From Kudoa neothunni (lineage: Eukaryota; Animalia; Cnidaria), in assembly GCA_964304625.1 (NCBI GenBank), contig OZ199839.1, forward strand, positions 7,976,297-8,040,296: a DNA stretch of 64,000 nucleotides, given 5' to 3'. A program made the translations under genes and the position numbers. Positions 52,438-64,000 of this stretch are shown piece after piece. The stretch's first letter is position 1. Each line of letters begins with the position of its first letter. The notes beneath the pieces are model-generated. The model searched no databases. It saw only the letters and a list, made by a program, of their open reading frames with translations, and had not been told where the DNA came from.

Positions 52438-55303
52438 ATGAAAGACTCTGTTTACGTTTTAAGAGTTTGTACTTTTCTGGCGTGTATATACACACAAACG
52501 GTCCTGGGAGGTGCTTCAAATCCAACTGCTACTGAAACCCCTTTAATTTATAAACTTGTGGAAGAGAGCAATCAATTAAACGTTAATTTTATATTAAATG
52601 GAAATTATTATACTGGGGACAAGAAATGTCATATAAAAAAAGCTGATGATGATGGCACGAACCTTGTTGAAATTGCTACATGCCCCGGTGATGCTTATAC
52701 AACAGATGGTGAAAAATGTGTTTGGACATGTTCAGAAAGTACCAATAAGCTAGCTTTTGACAAGTTCTCCCCAAAGACTAAATATATCGCTATCTTTAGC
52801 GATAATGACGCAGCGACCGCGGCTTCGAAAAATAATAATGGGATTGTATTTGGATTGGAATTTTGTAACTAAAGGATCTAATGTGTTCGGTAAATTTCCT
52901 TTAGCATTACTGGTGAATCCGCGAGTTTCAATAACAAGGGAGGGGAAAAAACTGAAATTGAGCACAAAAGCTTGTAACTCGGTGAAATGTCCCATATTTT
53001 ACAAGGGCGTGATATATGATGAGGGAACAACTCAGAGAAGTGGCATTGCAAATATTGAAAGTGAAATGGAGTTTAATTTGATGATTCCACATTATGAAAT
53101 GAAATGCGATAATTATCCCAGTTTCTTTTACACCCTGCAAAATAAATACACTCTTTTTAACATCGATGTTTATCAACCACAATATTACGTGACCTCTAGT
53201 TCGAGTGCTCCAACGAAGTATATGCTAAAATTTACAAACAAATTTCCCTTCGAAACGTGTCTTTTCAGTATAAGAGAAGTGCCAACAGCAGGTAGTAACG
53301 ATGGATACACATCGAAATGTGGTTCAGCAGATAAATGTTATGCGCCATGTAATAATGTTGAACTTGAATTCACAGCATCCAAGTCTGTTGTTGAAATATC
53401 GATTAAAACCAGACACGTACCACTGACCATCAATAACATCCCTTATATTGGGTATATTCAAAAAAAATATGGTAATCCAAAAACATTTTAACTATGATAA
53501 TCTTCTTATAGTTGTCATCGAAACTACTGCTCCTACCTTATTGTCAGAACATTCATCTACTGGTGTTAAGTTAAATGTTCCCTTGTTTCAATCACAAGCT
53601 GCTGTTAAATTTTCTGGATGTACTGTAACTTATTATGAAGCAGACAAACCAAAACCTGCTGACCCTGTTCCTGATGGGGCGAAATGTGGAACTGGTAAAA
53701 CAGACTGTGGCAACGAGTGCACGACTGCTCTAGAACTTACAGGACTGGATAGTGGAAAACCATATATTCTTGAAATTGCAGCTGGTAATAACGCTAGCCC
53801 TCTTCAAGATTTTAAAGAACGTGTATTCTTTCGAACAAGTACTATAATCGAAAAAAATATTCTTTTAAATAAATATATAGCAAAGAAATCTGATCCAACC
53901 TTTTCTGAAACAACTCCAACAGTAACGGATACAACCGCGTCTGTTAAAGCAATAGATGTAACTGGTACAATCACAAAAGACGACAAAACTTGTGCTTACT
54001 ATATAAGCCCTCATGGAAAAGATGTATATGTGTGTGCCATGTGCGAAGATAGTTATCCTTGCAGAGGTTATTGCAAGGAGTCTCAGAAAATTATAGGATT
54101 AATGCCTGAAACCGAATATGACCTAAAGATAGTTGCACATAAGGATTATGGAGAAAAAAAACATAAAATTACAACGAGTATATAAATAATTGATCTCGAA
54201 TTATATAACTAATTATGTTTCAAGTTTTGTCAACGCTCACACTACAATCAGAATTTATAGAAAAAGGCTTCAAAGTGACAGGTGTACTGTCAACATCATA
54301 TCCTACGGCTGTTTGTCACTATAAAGTAAACGTAAAAAAAGGGAGTGAATCCGAGTTGGTCTACCAATGCCCACCATTGGCTTCTACAACAAACACTGGA
54401 GCAACCTCTAAAGTATCCAAGACTTCTAAAATAGCACTAGCTAGGACAACTAATGGACACCAACCACAGAACGTGCCGCCTCCAAATAAAAAACCAGAAA
54501 TCACTCCATGCACACAACCTCCATTGTGCACTGATATTATATTCAAAGAAGGATACGAACCAGACAAGGAATATGTAGTTTTGGTTACGGCTGTTGGCAG
54601 ATCTGCAGAAACTACCATCAAAATACCCATAAGTAATAAAAAATCTAATTCTAAATTCATATCGTTATATTTATATTTAATTTTTAAAATTATTAAAAAT
54701 ATGTACATTAATTCTAGTTATACTAAATCCTAATTTAGATCCACAGCCTACCGCCCACTAATAATCCAATCAAATTAACTGTGGTGTTTACAAGAGAAGG
54801 CGAAAACATAAAAGTTAAAACTTCTCTTCCTACAGGCGTTGATGAACAGTCGTTATGCAAATGGGAATTGAAAAATTGGGATGATCCATCCAAACCAATT
54901 GTCCAAAAATGCATGACAACTGGTGAACAAGGTTGTTCTGTTTTTCCATCATGCAAGGAATTTACAATTTCAAATGTGGATAACACCAACAATTACCGTT
55001 TAATGTTGTATCATAGCACGGATAACAATATCACTGGTTTTGTCGAGATCCAGAAAGGTAATTGAATAAATATTATTGGTCATTATTTCTGATATTTCGA
55101 TTAGATGATGAATCAAATAAATCCATGTAAAATAAAATTTTTGAATGCTTATTTATTTATTTTAGGTCGAAAAATACAATGTACTTATTGATAATGATAT
55201 CTTGTTAATCAACTATTTTAGAATTATTGCTGTAGTAGTTCCAGTGCTCATCATTGTCGTTGGTGTGGGATTCTATTTCGGATACTGGAAAAATAAAAAC
55301 TAG
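52438..55303 (+). CDS. Family A copy A4; lacks intron 1; 1-nt insertion at ~54754-54756
   Basis: MKDSVYVLRVCTFLACIYTQ runs directly into domain 1. The other introns are conserved. accgcccactaa vs accgccactaat in A2 shifts the frame at the start of the last domain exon. Confidence 0.85.
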
Positions 55304-56277
55304 ATTTTTATTTTAGAAGAGTGCTTTCACAAGCTACGTTCGATTTAGCGACCGTATTAATATCATAGATATTAATTATCTATTGTATTTCTTCAGCTAT
55401 AACTTTTAAAATCTGAGTATGTATTTTCATGCATATTTATTATTTCGAAAATTGTTTCTGTCTTTATTCTATATCATTTATTATGGGAAAACTAAAATCC
55501 AATTTTTTCAATATTCGATTAATTATATTTAAATGTAATAATAAATCTTATTTGTTTAGGTTGTTTTATCTGATTATAGGTTGAAAATCATTATACCAGT
55601 TAAAAGTACCCATATTTAATCTTCAAAGTAATTTTTAGATATGTTAAAATATTTATCGTTTTTAAACTAGGCGATACGTTTACAAAGCCATAATAATTGA
55701 TGTTATGGAAACCAACAATTAATGGGCTAACATTAAATCTTTTTATTGTCATTTAAAATTCAAGTGTTGTATCGAATATTATTTTCATGTAGTACACGTG
55801 TGTCTTAAAATGAGTAAATAGATAAATTTATCAATATGAACACTCTCAATTGATTTTTAAGTTTTTGGATAACTTCTCTAGTTCCAAGCATTTTTATATT
55901 TGGACAAAACTCTAAAACCTGATTAATAATTATTTTATTCATTCAAAATGAAGCTAAATAATTATATCGCGTATTTTACACAACATGCATAAATCATTCA
56001 ACACATTATCAATATACATTATTAACTTATTTATCTCTTCAAAATTAATCCCATTTAATTTAGGCAGTGGCTATTACCACGCTAGCGTATAATCCCATGT
56101 CGAGGCTGTCAATTGCCACGAAAACAAATTTCTCCTAATATTTTGATTTCTTAGACCTATAATTTTCATTACCACTTAAACATTTTTTTATATTAAATTT
56201 TAAATTTTCATGTTAAAATTTACCATCTAGATTTTACAATAAAGATCAATCTTTATGCTGGGTTTAACAAAAATCTG

Positions 56278-58449
56278 GGCTAAATTCCAGTCAGTGTCGC
56301 CAACCGTGTCCGATTTTTTCCATGTCGTATTTTATCCGATTTTTAGTCTTGTTCTTCGAAAGTCTGAATAATCGCAAAACAAAGTTTCAAAGATTGGAGT
56401 TTTTGCAAATTCCCAAAAAATGGAATCTAATCGTTACTGATTTCATTACGATAAATCTTCGAGTAGAAAATTTTATACTTGGAACAATACTTTATTTCAA
56501 ATTAAAATGCCTGCAATAGAAGTTCACCAAACACAAGACACAGTTAAGAATTTTAATAAGTCTTAAAGCCCACGTAATACAAAATTGAGCTTAGAAAAAC
56601 ATGCCAAAAATTTATCAGAATGAACACATTTTTGAATTTTATGCTCCTGTAAAGACCAATATTTTGGATTTTTTACCATTATCATTATTAACGGCAATAC
56701 ACCATTTTATCATGACCATGAACCATTTTGGAATTATTACGAAGAGATTTTTGTGCTTGAATTTAAAAAAGACTGATGATGGTGATATCCAATTGTAAGT
56801 TATCATTACAAGTGTTTGTTATCAATTTTCAAAAAATTCTAACTTTAGGTATTACCTAAAAAATGAAAATTTAACTAAATATTAACTACTTGACTAATTT
56901 TTCTTAATTTTAATGAATGAATGGTCGCACATAAAATCGAAACCTCATCTGGGTATAGTTGTTACATGAAATTTAAAAGTTGGACGATAGACTGTAATAG
57001 AATTGTTTGAAATTAAAGGAATTTAATAGGTTTAAAACAAGGTTTGTTAGACTATGTTATTAATAATCGCCTTTTTAGCCATTGTTTATTGGTAAATAAA
57101 TTTTAATTCTATCGGAAAATACCACATATCTTTATTTTCCCATGCTCTGATTAACGCTTCTCCGGAACTAGCATTTCCTCTTTTGGAATTATCGAACACA
57201 TCAGAAGAAATAGAATGTTGTGCTCTACATTAGATAATCTTGTTCTAATGAGGAATTTTTTCAACACATTGACAAAATGATGCCATAAATTTGAGGTTTC
57301 TGAGTTAATTATAAATTAACGTAATATTTATACATATAATTAAATATTAGTTTCGTTTTTACAAAAAATCTGATTTGTCCGATTTGCGTTGGCGGCACTG
57401 ATTTCAGTGACTGCGACACGCTTCGGAGATATTAGTAACTGGCCGTTATATTTGTGGCGCGGCTAATCTTAACAAGAAAATATATACTTTCGTGAACAGT
57501 AACGATGTCACTAATTTGGATTATGGTTATTTCCGCGATGATTTAGATTATAGAATAAAGACATAACAAAGTCTTGGGTTGATACCAAGTTTTTCTAAAT
57601 GTTTGTGTGGCGGTCAAAATTTTTTTGCTAAAAGAAAAGATACTGATGATGGATATCAGTATAAATACATTTTATGCAGAAAAAGATAGATTCAAAAGGG
57701 AACAATTTTTGAAATATCTAGACTTCTGTTGCGGAAGATCTTCATATTTATCGTTTCTATAATTCAGCACTCATCCATGACTTATGAGGAAATTTGAAAA
57801 ATATGTTGGAATATCATCCAATTCCACCATATGTGAATGGGAAAATGTAATATATGATTTTATGACCTTTAAATTGAATGAGGAATCTCCAAAAATTGGC
57901 GGACGGGGAGTTATCTTTCAAATTGATGAGACTGTCATATCTAAAAGAAAATACAACATGGGAAGGATTCTTCGTAATCAACAATATTGGATGGTTGGTG
58001 GTATCGACGAGAATGGATATTGTTTTTTACGCTTAACCCAACCAAGAAATAAAGACATTCCTGGAAGAATTATTCTCGACAACGTCGAAGAAAAGTCGAT
58101 CATTTGGACGGACAGTTGGAAAGGATATAATAGCTTGGCAGAGTTGAATTTTGTGCAGGGGTTAATTATTCACCGATTGAAGTTTGCTTCCTCCGATGGA
58201 ATACATTCTAACAAAATTAAAGCTATCTGGGGAGCTTTTAAGCGTAAATATCGGAACGCAACAAATAAACACCCAGAGACTCTTCCTCATTATGTGGCCG
58301 ATTTTATGTATCGATGAAAATATTCCGGCAAAGAATTATCAACATTATTTAAATATATAATGATTGACAATAATATATTTTAATTTTTACGATGTTTCTG
58401 AAGTTTGTCTATTTTACCCGGAGCGAGCCACAGTCATTGTAATTTAGCC
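56278..58449 (+). mobile_element. Second Merlin family element, pseudogene, left TIR interrupted by a MITE
   Basis: Removing the MITE gives left end GGCTAAATTCCAGTGACTGCGACACGCTTCGG; the right end (reverse complement) is GGCTAAATTACAATGACTGTGGCTCGCTCCGG. TSD aaaatctg / aaaatccg. ORF 57784-58317 has KIGG..QIDET, WMVGGID, IWTDSWKGY. Confidence 0.9.
56292..57400. mobile_element. hAT-like MITE (CAGTGTTGCCAAC family)
   Basis: TIRs CAGTGTCGCCAAC / GTTGGCGGCACTG. TSD attccagt / atttcagt. Homologous to 23133-24275. Confidence 0.9.
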
Positions 58450-58935
58450 AAAATCCGTGACTTAAAAATCTAAAATATCAGTTTATTTATATAAAAATAT
58501 GGCCGTTTAAATAATTTTTGATTTTATTTTATCACAATTAAGTATTTCTAGACTGTTTTGAGTCCTAATTCGATGATCTATCCTCAAATCGACTTAACTA
58601 AATCATATCTAAGTACACAACCTGTATATGCATATATATACATTTTCTTTGTTCATTAAAAGAAATTTAGTATCTAAATTTTTGGATTGCAATATTTACC
58701 TGATTTTTAGGATACTTTAAATGGATAACTCTGAAAAGGGTATAAGAGTGTTATGAAAATAAACTTACAAAACTTGTAATACTTATAATTATGAATTACG
58801 TTTATATGTTATATTTAACATTAATGATTATAAATAATAAATAATTTTGCCGAATTTATGTGATTTTTTTAAGATATTTATAATATGCGAGAATAAGAAA
58901 TAATATAAGGCAGTGCTGAGAATAATTTCTTTTAA

Positions 58936-61832
58936 CCCCCGGAAGCCGGAACTCAAAAACTTACGCGAGTGCCGGTGGGGGTAGTTCACTTACCCCAGAG
59001 ATTCTCAATGTTTCTGCGTTTATTTGATAAGATTTATTATTTCAAATAGTTGACAATCATATAAATTTGAATAAAACGACCTTGGAAGTGAAAATAATTT
59101 AATCATTTAGAAGAAAAATACAAGTGATCAATAATGGGTATTTCCATAAAAAAGGCACGGCAAAACATTATACTTTCCAGAAATATAGATTATGTGATAA
59201 AATGGACATCTATAAATTTATAGAAAATTTAATGCAAATTTCTAGTGAGTTTCTACCATTTTTACGAAACGGCCGACGGCAGCATCGTGATGAGATTACC
59301 CGACGATATTCGTTAATCTTACAATTATGCCGAGGATTAAACTAGCCGGGAAGCGATTTGAAGCAATCAATCTTAATAAACTAACTTCAAATTTGTATTA
59401 TTCCGATATAAATTAACTTTAATATCAAAAATAAATTTCTTAAAATAAAATAAACCTAAACTGATTATAAATTTGCAGGTTAACAGCCATTATATGTTAT
59501 TATTTCTAAGTAAATTTTCAACAAAATTCCTAAAGTAGTGTTTATAGTATAAGCTGCGAGAAACTAATTATTGTTCATAGATACGACCAATTTCTAAATG
59601 TAACAAAATATGTTGTATTATACGATATAATAATTTATCAATTCGGATTTAAATTGCAATGTGAACATTGCACAACACTTTTTTTAACTCGATGTGACAG
59701 ACACACAGGTTTTTTGCATACACTGCAAAAAATTCTGGTCAATAGTTCCAGGGGCAGTGGACACATCTTGAATGAGATCCCGTTGAAATTTCGTTGTTCG
59801 AGGTGGATAATTCATTATTTCCTACGTGGTTATTAAATATATCGAATGCAGATTTGAGGTGTACATGATAAGAATTGTTTAACATTTGTCGAAGCAAAAC
59901 ATTGGGTTTGATGAGTTCCGTCGCTAATTCACGAAGAAAATACTGCCTGCGACTTCGATCAGTTGATCGCCAATCTGGATTGTTTGACACCCAAATTATG
60001 TAAGCATTCAACGCCGACATGTCAATCAGGTCTATAAACATTTTTAAGGGCCATCTTCTTGTTGTTCGCGAACAGGTATAGAGTTGGGTCATCCGGTCAC
60101 CGTTATCAACACCTCCCTTCGTCTTATTGTGATGAACAATAATCTCAGGCCGTCTTCTTTCTGATTGTTCCACCGAGCTATCGTGATATTCCGTGGATAA
60201 TAGAAAAACATTACGATTCTTCTTTGGAACACACGACACAATTGTCAAGTCGTCAGAGAAACAAAAAGTTGAGGAGAGTTCATCACGATTAGCGTTGTTT
60301 CGGAGGATTTCAGGAATATATCTGTTATCTTTTCTTAGTGTCCCAGTCAAAGTTATATTTCTCTCCAACAAAAATAACGCCAAACGAACTGAGTTGAAAA
60401 TGTTTTCGGTGGTCAATCCTCGTTCACTACCATAAAACGGACTCATGAGATCCTTGACAATCCTTTCACCTTGCTTACTTTCTTTGACGTTTCCGATTTT
60501 TCCGGTGTATGGCTGAACGTTCAGCAAATATGACGTATTAACGTCAGCGGCAACCCACAATTTCATGCCAAACCGGATAGGCTTATTTTTCATATAAACT
60601 CGAAAGGGACATCTGCCATGGAAACCTACCATTCGCTCATCAACCGTTATATGCGTACCAGGCGAATAGTTTTTTTTTGAATGCTTCGTTAATTTGTTCA
60701 AAAATCTCACGAATTGGTTCAAATTTATCTCGAGAAGTGTAAAACCTTGACGCTCTTGTTAACCTGTCATCGAAACGAATGGTTCGGTAAATAAGACTGA
60801 ATCTATCTCTCGAAATAGCGGCTGAGAAGAATGCTTGCTTAAATAACGGATTCATTCCTCAAATGTTTCTCAATGATACTCTAGATCCATTACCACGTCC
60901 AGCTGCAATCAAAACACCCAGAAAAGCCATCAATTCCTCCATTGTTATTGCATTCATGCTGTTATAGCGATCAATGGATTGCCGAAACTTATTCGCATAG
61001 AATAATATTTTTTCTAATACAAAATTAGAAAAAAATAGCATGAACAATGACAAAATATCAGAGATATTGCTTGCGTCACCGATAGGGCCAGAATTAACAT
61101 TAACAAAATTGTGGAAATTGGTGCGTGTTTTGGATTTTAGATTACACCCCCACTGAAATCCCGATTTAGACGTCGATATTTCAATTGGGTTCCCATCATT
61201 GTCGTTATCGTTCATTTTTTGATTCTCCCAGTCCTCAGGATATTCCACACAATCCTCATAAAATGATTCATCTGATAAATGTCCTTCAAAATCTACGTCA
61301 CTATCAACATATGCTTCTTCACCGACAAAATCGCTGATGGGATCATCTGAATTATCTTCGTATGACATTTTTTTCTATAAAAATATTAATTTTTTGCAAT
61401 ATTTTCCAGAAATCGGCGTATACTTACAAGCCTGAATGATTAAAACGTGATTCGCGCGACTTTCTGGATAATCTCATATTAATACAATAATCCATCGGGC
61501 TCCGTCGGTGACAATTAAGAACTGACTGTTATTGGGCTCATTCGCCTTTTATTTATATTCTAAAATCTTTTTGGATATTTGTTATTATTTTTTTTATAAT
61601 AACAATATTATTTAAAAGAATTAGCACACGAAAATAAATAACTTCAAATTTAAAGATGCCTTATCTACGCTGAATTTAAAGGATATAAAAAACGTTTTCT
61701 AATATATACAAAGCATTAATTGTGTTGGAAGATTACCCGAAGCCAAATATGGTTCTTTAAAATTTTAAGAGGAAAATTTCAACAAATACATTCATTGGGG
61801 TGCACGAACTACCCCGCTTCGTCCCGGAAGGG
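58936..61832 (-). mobile_element. piggyBac transposon, transposase pseudogene (61368 to ~59640)
   Basis: TTAA|CCC at both ends. Subterminal inverted palindromes GGGGTAGTTCACTTACCCC / GGGGTGCACGAACTACCCC. Motifs TVDERMVGFHGRC and KGGVDNGD. The second catalytic D reads E (TENIFNS). Stop at 60859 and frameshifts. Confidence 0.92.
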
Positions 61833-62367
61833 TTAAGTAGAGAGATTTATTTCGTTTTATCAACTAGAAGATTCTTTAAAGTCATACGAAAAAAAATCAT
61901 TATGTAACTTAATAGATAGAGATTAAAAAATTATTTATGTCAAACTTGTTCTTTTCCAAAAAATTTAATGGAGAATTAAAATAATGTTACAATTAATACA
62001 TTTGTTATTTTGGCAACCATTATTTTAATAGAGCAAAAGTTGTAAGAGAGGCTAAAACTTTGTGAGGCACCTGCCAGACTCATTAAGGTAGGAGTCAGCT
62101 CCGCTGGAAAAAAACTTGAAGTAAAATTTTTACGCCTTGCAAATAACCACAGAAGAAGTCGTGTTTTCTTCAAATCTGTCGCCACAACGTAAATTAGACA
62201 GCAATAATAAATTAATATCAGAATTAATTTCTATGTTTGCCAATGAAAAAATGCTGCTATCTAAAATGCAAAAAGCAACGGGTGTAATAATTACTCTCAA
62301 GTCCATACATTACACGGAAAATATATTTTCATAACGTAATGGAATAAACTTTTTCTATAAGATTTTA

Positions 62368-62430
62368 ACCCTCTAAGTCATGAAAATTTATACCTTCCAA
62401 GTATAATTGGGGTCCAAAAGACCTCACGTT
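62368..62430. mobile_element. Probable left end of another piggyBac-like element
   Basis: TTAA|CCCTCTAAGTCA followed by the palindrome GGGGTCCAAAAGACCTC. No partner end seen. Confidence 0.35.
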
Positions 62431-62867
62431 TTTATTTTATAAAATATTTGAAAAAATAATAATATGTATTTTAGAAGTTTTTAAAATATTTGATCGATTA
62501 TATCTTCAGTAATTTCATAAATGACATCATGTAAATTACATGATGTAATATTGTGTACGCATGTGCAAATGATAAAGAAATATTTTAGCCACGGCGTATG
62601 TATTACTTTCGAGATCGCATATTTTCTATAAACATAACTCAAAATTCAGCTCATGTAGTAAAATTAATTCTTTATTTAATTTTTGCTTAAAGTAATCAAG
62701 AATATCGTAATCCCGGCATAGACTATTGCATAAAACAGGTAACGTAGATGCACTGGAAATTTTCATTAGGGCAGAAACGACGCTTAAAAAATCCACCTAA
62801 ATATGCCATAGTTCATCAACATGAAAACAATTTCCAGATTATTTTGTTATCTCAATATTTTCCATAC

Positions 62868-62900
62868 CAGGGATCGGCAACCGATATGGCTGAAAGAGCC
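62868..62900. mobile_element. Possible hAT-like TIR
   Basis: CAGGGATCGGCAACC resembles hAT termini. No partner found in the window. Confidence 0.3.
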
Positions 62901-64000
62901 AATTATTGATGGCGCGAAAAATTTTTTTACTTCCGGAATCACACATTCAATTTAGGATCGGAAATAAAAGTATTTAACTTTGAAACCAGGAATACATACA
63001 TTTCAGAAAAATATGGAGCAAATATCCAATTAGTCAATTTACGCGTGTTTCGATAACTAATTAACCTGTTATTTTTATTATTAGTATTTAAATGCATGGA
63101 GAAATAATAAAAATAAAAAAAATATACACTTGAATTTGTCTGATTATTTAAAATAATATTGTATTACGTTTTTGGAAATTTCTATTATGAAGAAATAGAT
63201 ATTTAACCATTGTCGCCTATACAACAAATATACCATATAAAATTCACTTTCATGAATGTTATTGTCAAAAAAAGAAAATTTCAACCATATAATTTAATCT
63301 TTTAAACTTGAAAGAGTTACTTACTTTCTAATGTATTTTCATGAATTTAATTACTTTTACGACATGTTATATGGGGGTTTCTTCGCATTAAAACTAAAGA
63401 ACGTTCAATACTAAAAGAAAATTCTTTCTAATGGATAAAATTTAATGAAAACGTACGTATAACTACATTTTTATGTAAAACGTTGATTAAACAAAATTTT
63501 TAAATTGGAAAAACTATCCACACTTTTATGAGTCTAATTTAAAGATTTAAAGAAGTTGTGCATATAAACAAATAGGATTTATTTTGTATAATATTCGAAA
63601 AATTTATTATTAAGTAGTTTCAGTTTAATAATAACCTTTTTATTAGGGAAAAATTTTTATTAACGACAAAATAATTTTTTGATTTCAAATCAGATAAAAT
63701 TAGGAACATTTCGAGTTATTTTGCCTCGTTAATTATTGCATAAGCATAGGACGATGTTCTATGAGGAATTTAATGTTTATATGTTATTTATTTTTGCTGA
63801 ATCTTTCCTTTCTATCTTTAACTTTTTAGTTGAAAATTAAGAGAATTAGTTCAAGTTGGTGAAACTGGAGTACCATACAATCATTTCACTACTCATATAT
63901 TTTCATTAAAAAGGATTTATGTCTGATGAAAATTTAGAATTTGAACGTAATAATGAGTTCAACGACTAGGAATTACATAATACCTTCGCGCTTTAACATT

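Noticed and set aside
51400-60861. TGA at conserved Trp/Cys positions and TAA at Gln positions in several TEs and the C exon, hinting at an alternative genetic code
   Set aside because: Intact genes and the young piggyBac use TGG and CAA without internal stops, and they end in TAA or TAG. The affected sequences also have frameshifts or several kinds of stop, so this is ordinary decay.
1-64000. CRISPR array, rRNA or prokaryotic operon
   Set aside because: No regularly spaced short repeats, rRNA-like sequence or operon structure were seen. The window is eukaryotic.

Overview
This is very AT-rich eukaryotic DNA in the standard genetic code, with tiny GT-AG introns (mostly 39-51 nt). That profile suggests a compact parasitic animal genome such as a myxozoan, but the organism cannot be established from sequence alone. 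The ORF track fragments the real genes. Splicing them by hand gives a cluster of type-I membrane proteins: signal peptide, tandem ~100-aa four-cysteine fibronectin-III-like modules on phase-1 exons, two micro-exons, a TM helix and a 3-5 residue tail. Family A has four copies (A1 partial 1-2347 +, A2 16469-19335 -, A3 30379-33297 +, A4 52438-55303 +; A3 is 826 aa). Family B, a distant paralog, has two copies (B1 12101-14363, B2 42035-44296; B2 is 640 aa). A pseudo-exon of a third family lies at 11078-11424. The copies are mosaics of one another, with variable loops between invariant Cys-anchored blocks and near-invariant membrane-proximal ends. This is the pattern expected of a recombination-diversified variant surface antigen or receptor locus, and it is the best candidate for an undescribed system here. 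The cluster grew by a ~15.5-kb direct duplication plus an inverted duplication. It is packed with nested DNA transposons (piggyBac, Merlin/IS1595-like, hAT MITEs, a pogo/Tigger with an intron, Helitron-like MITEs) and a tRNA-derived SINE.
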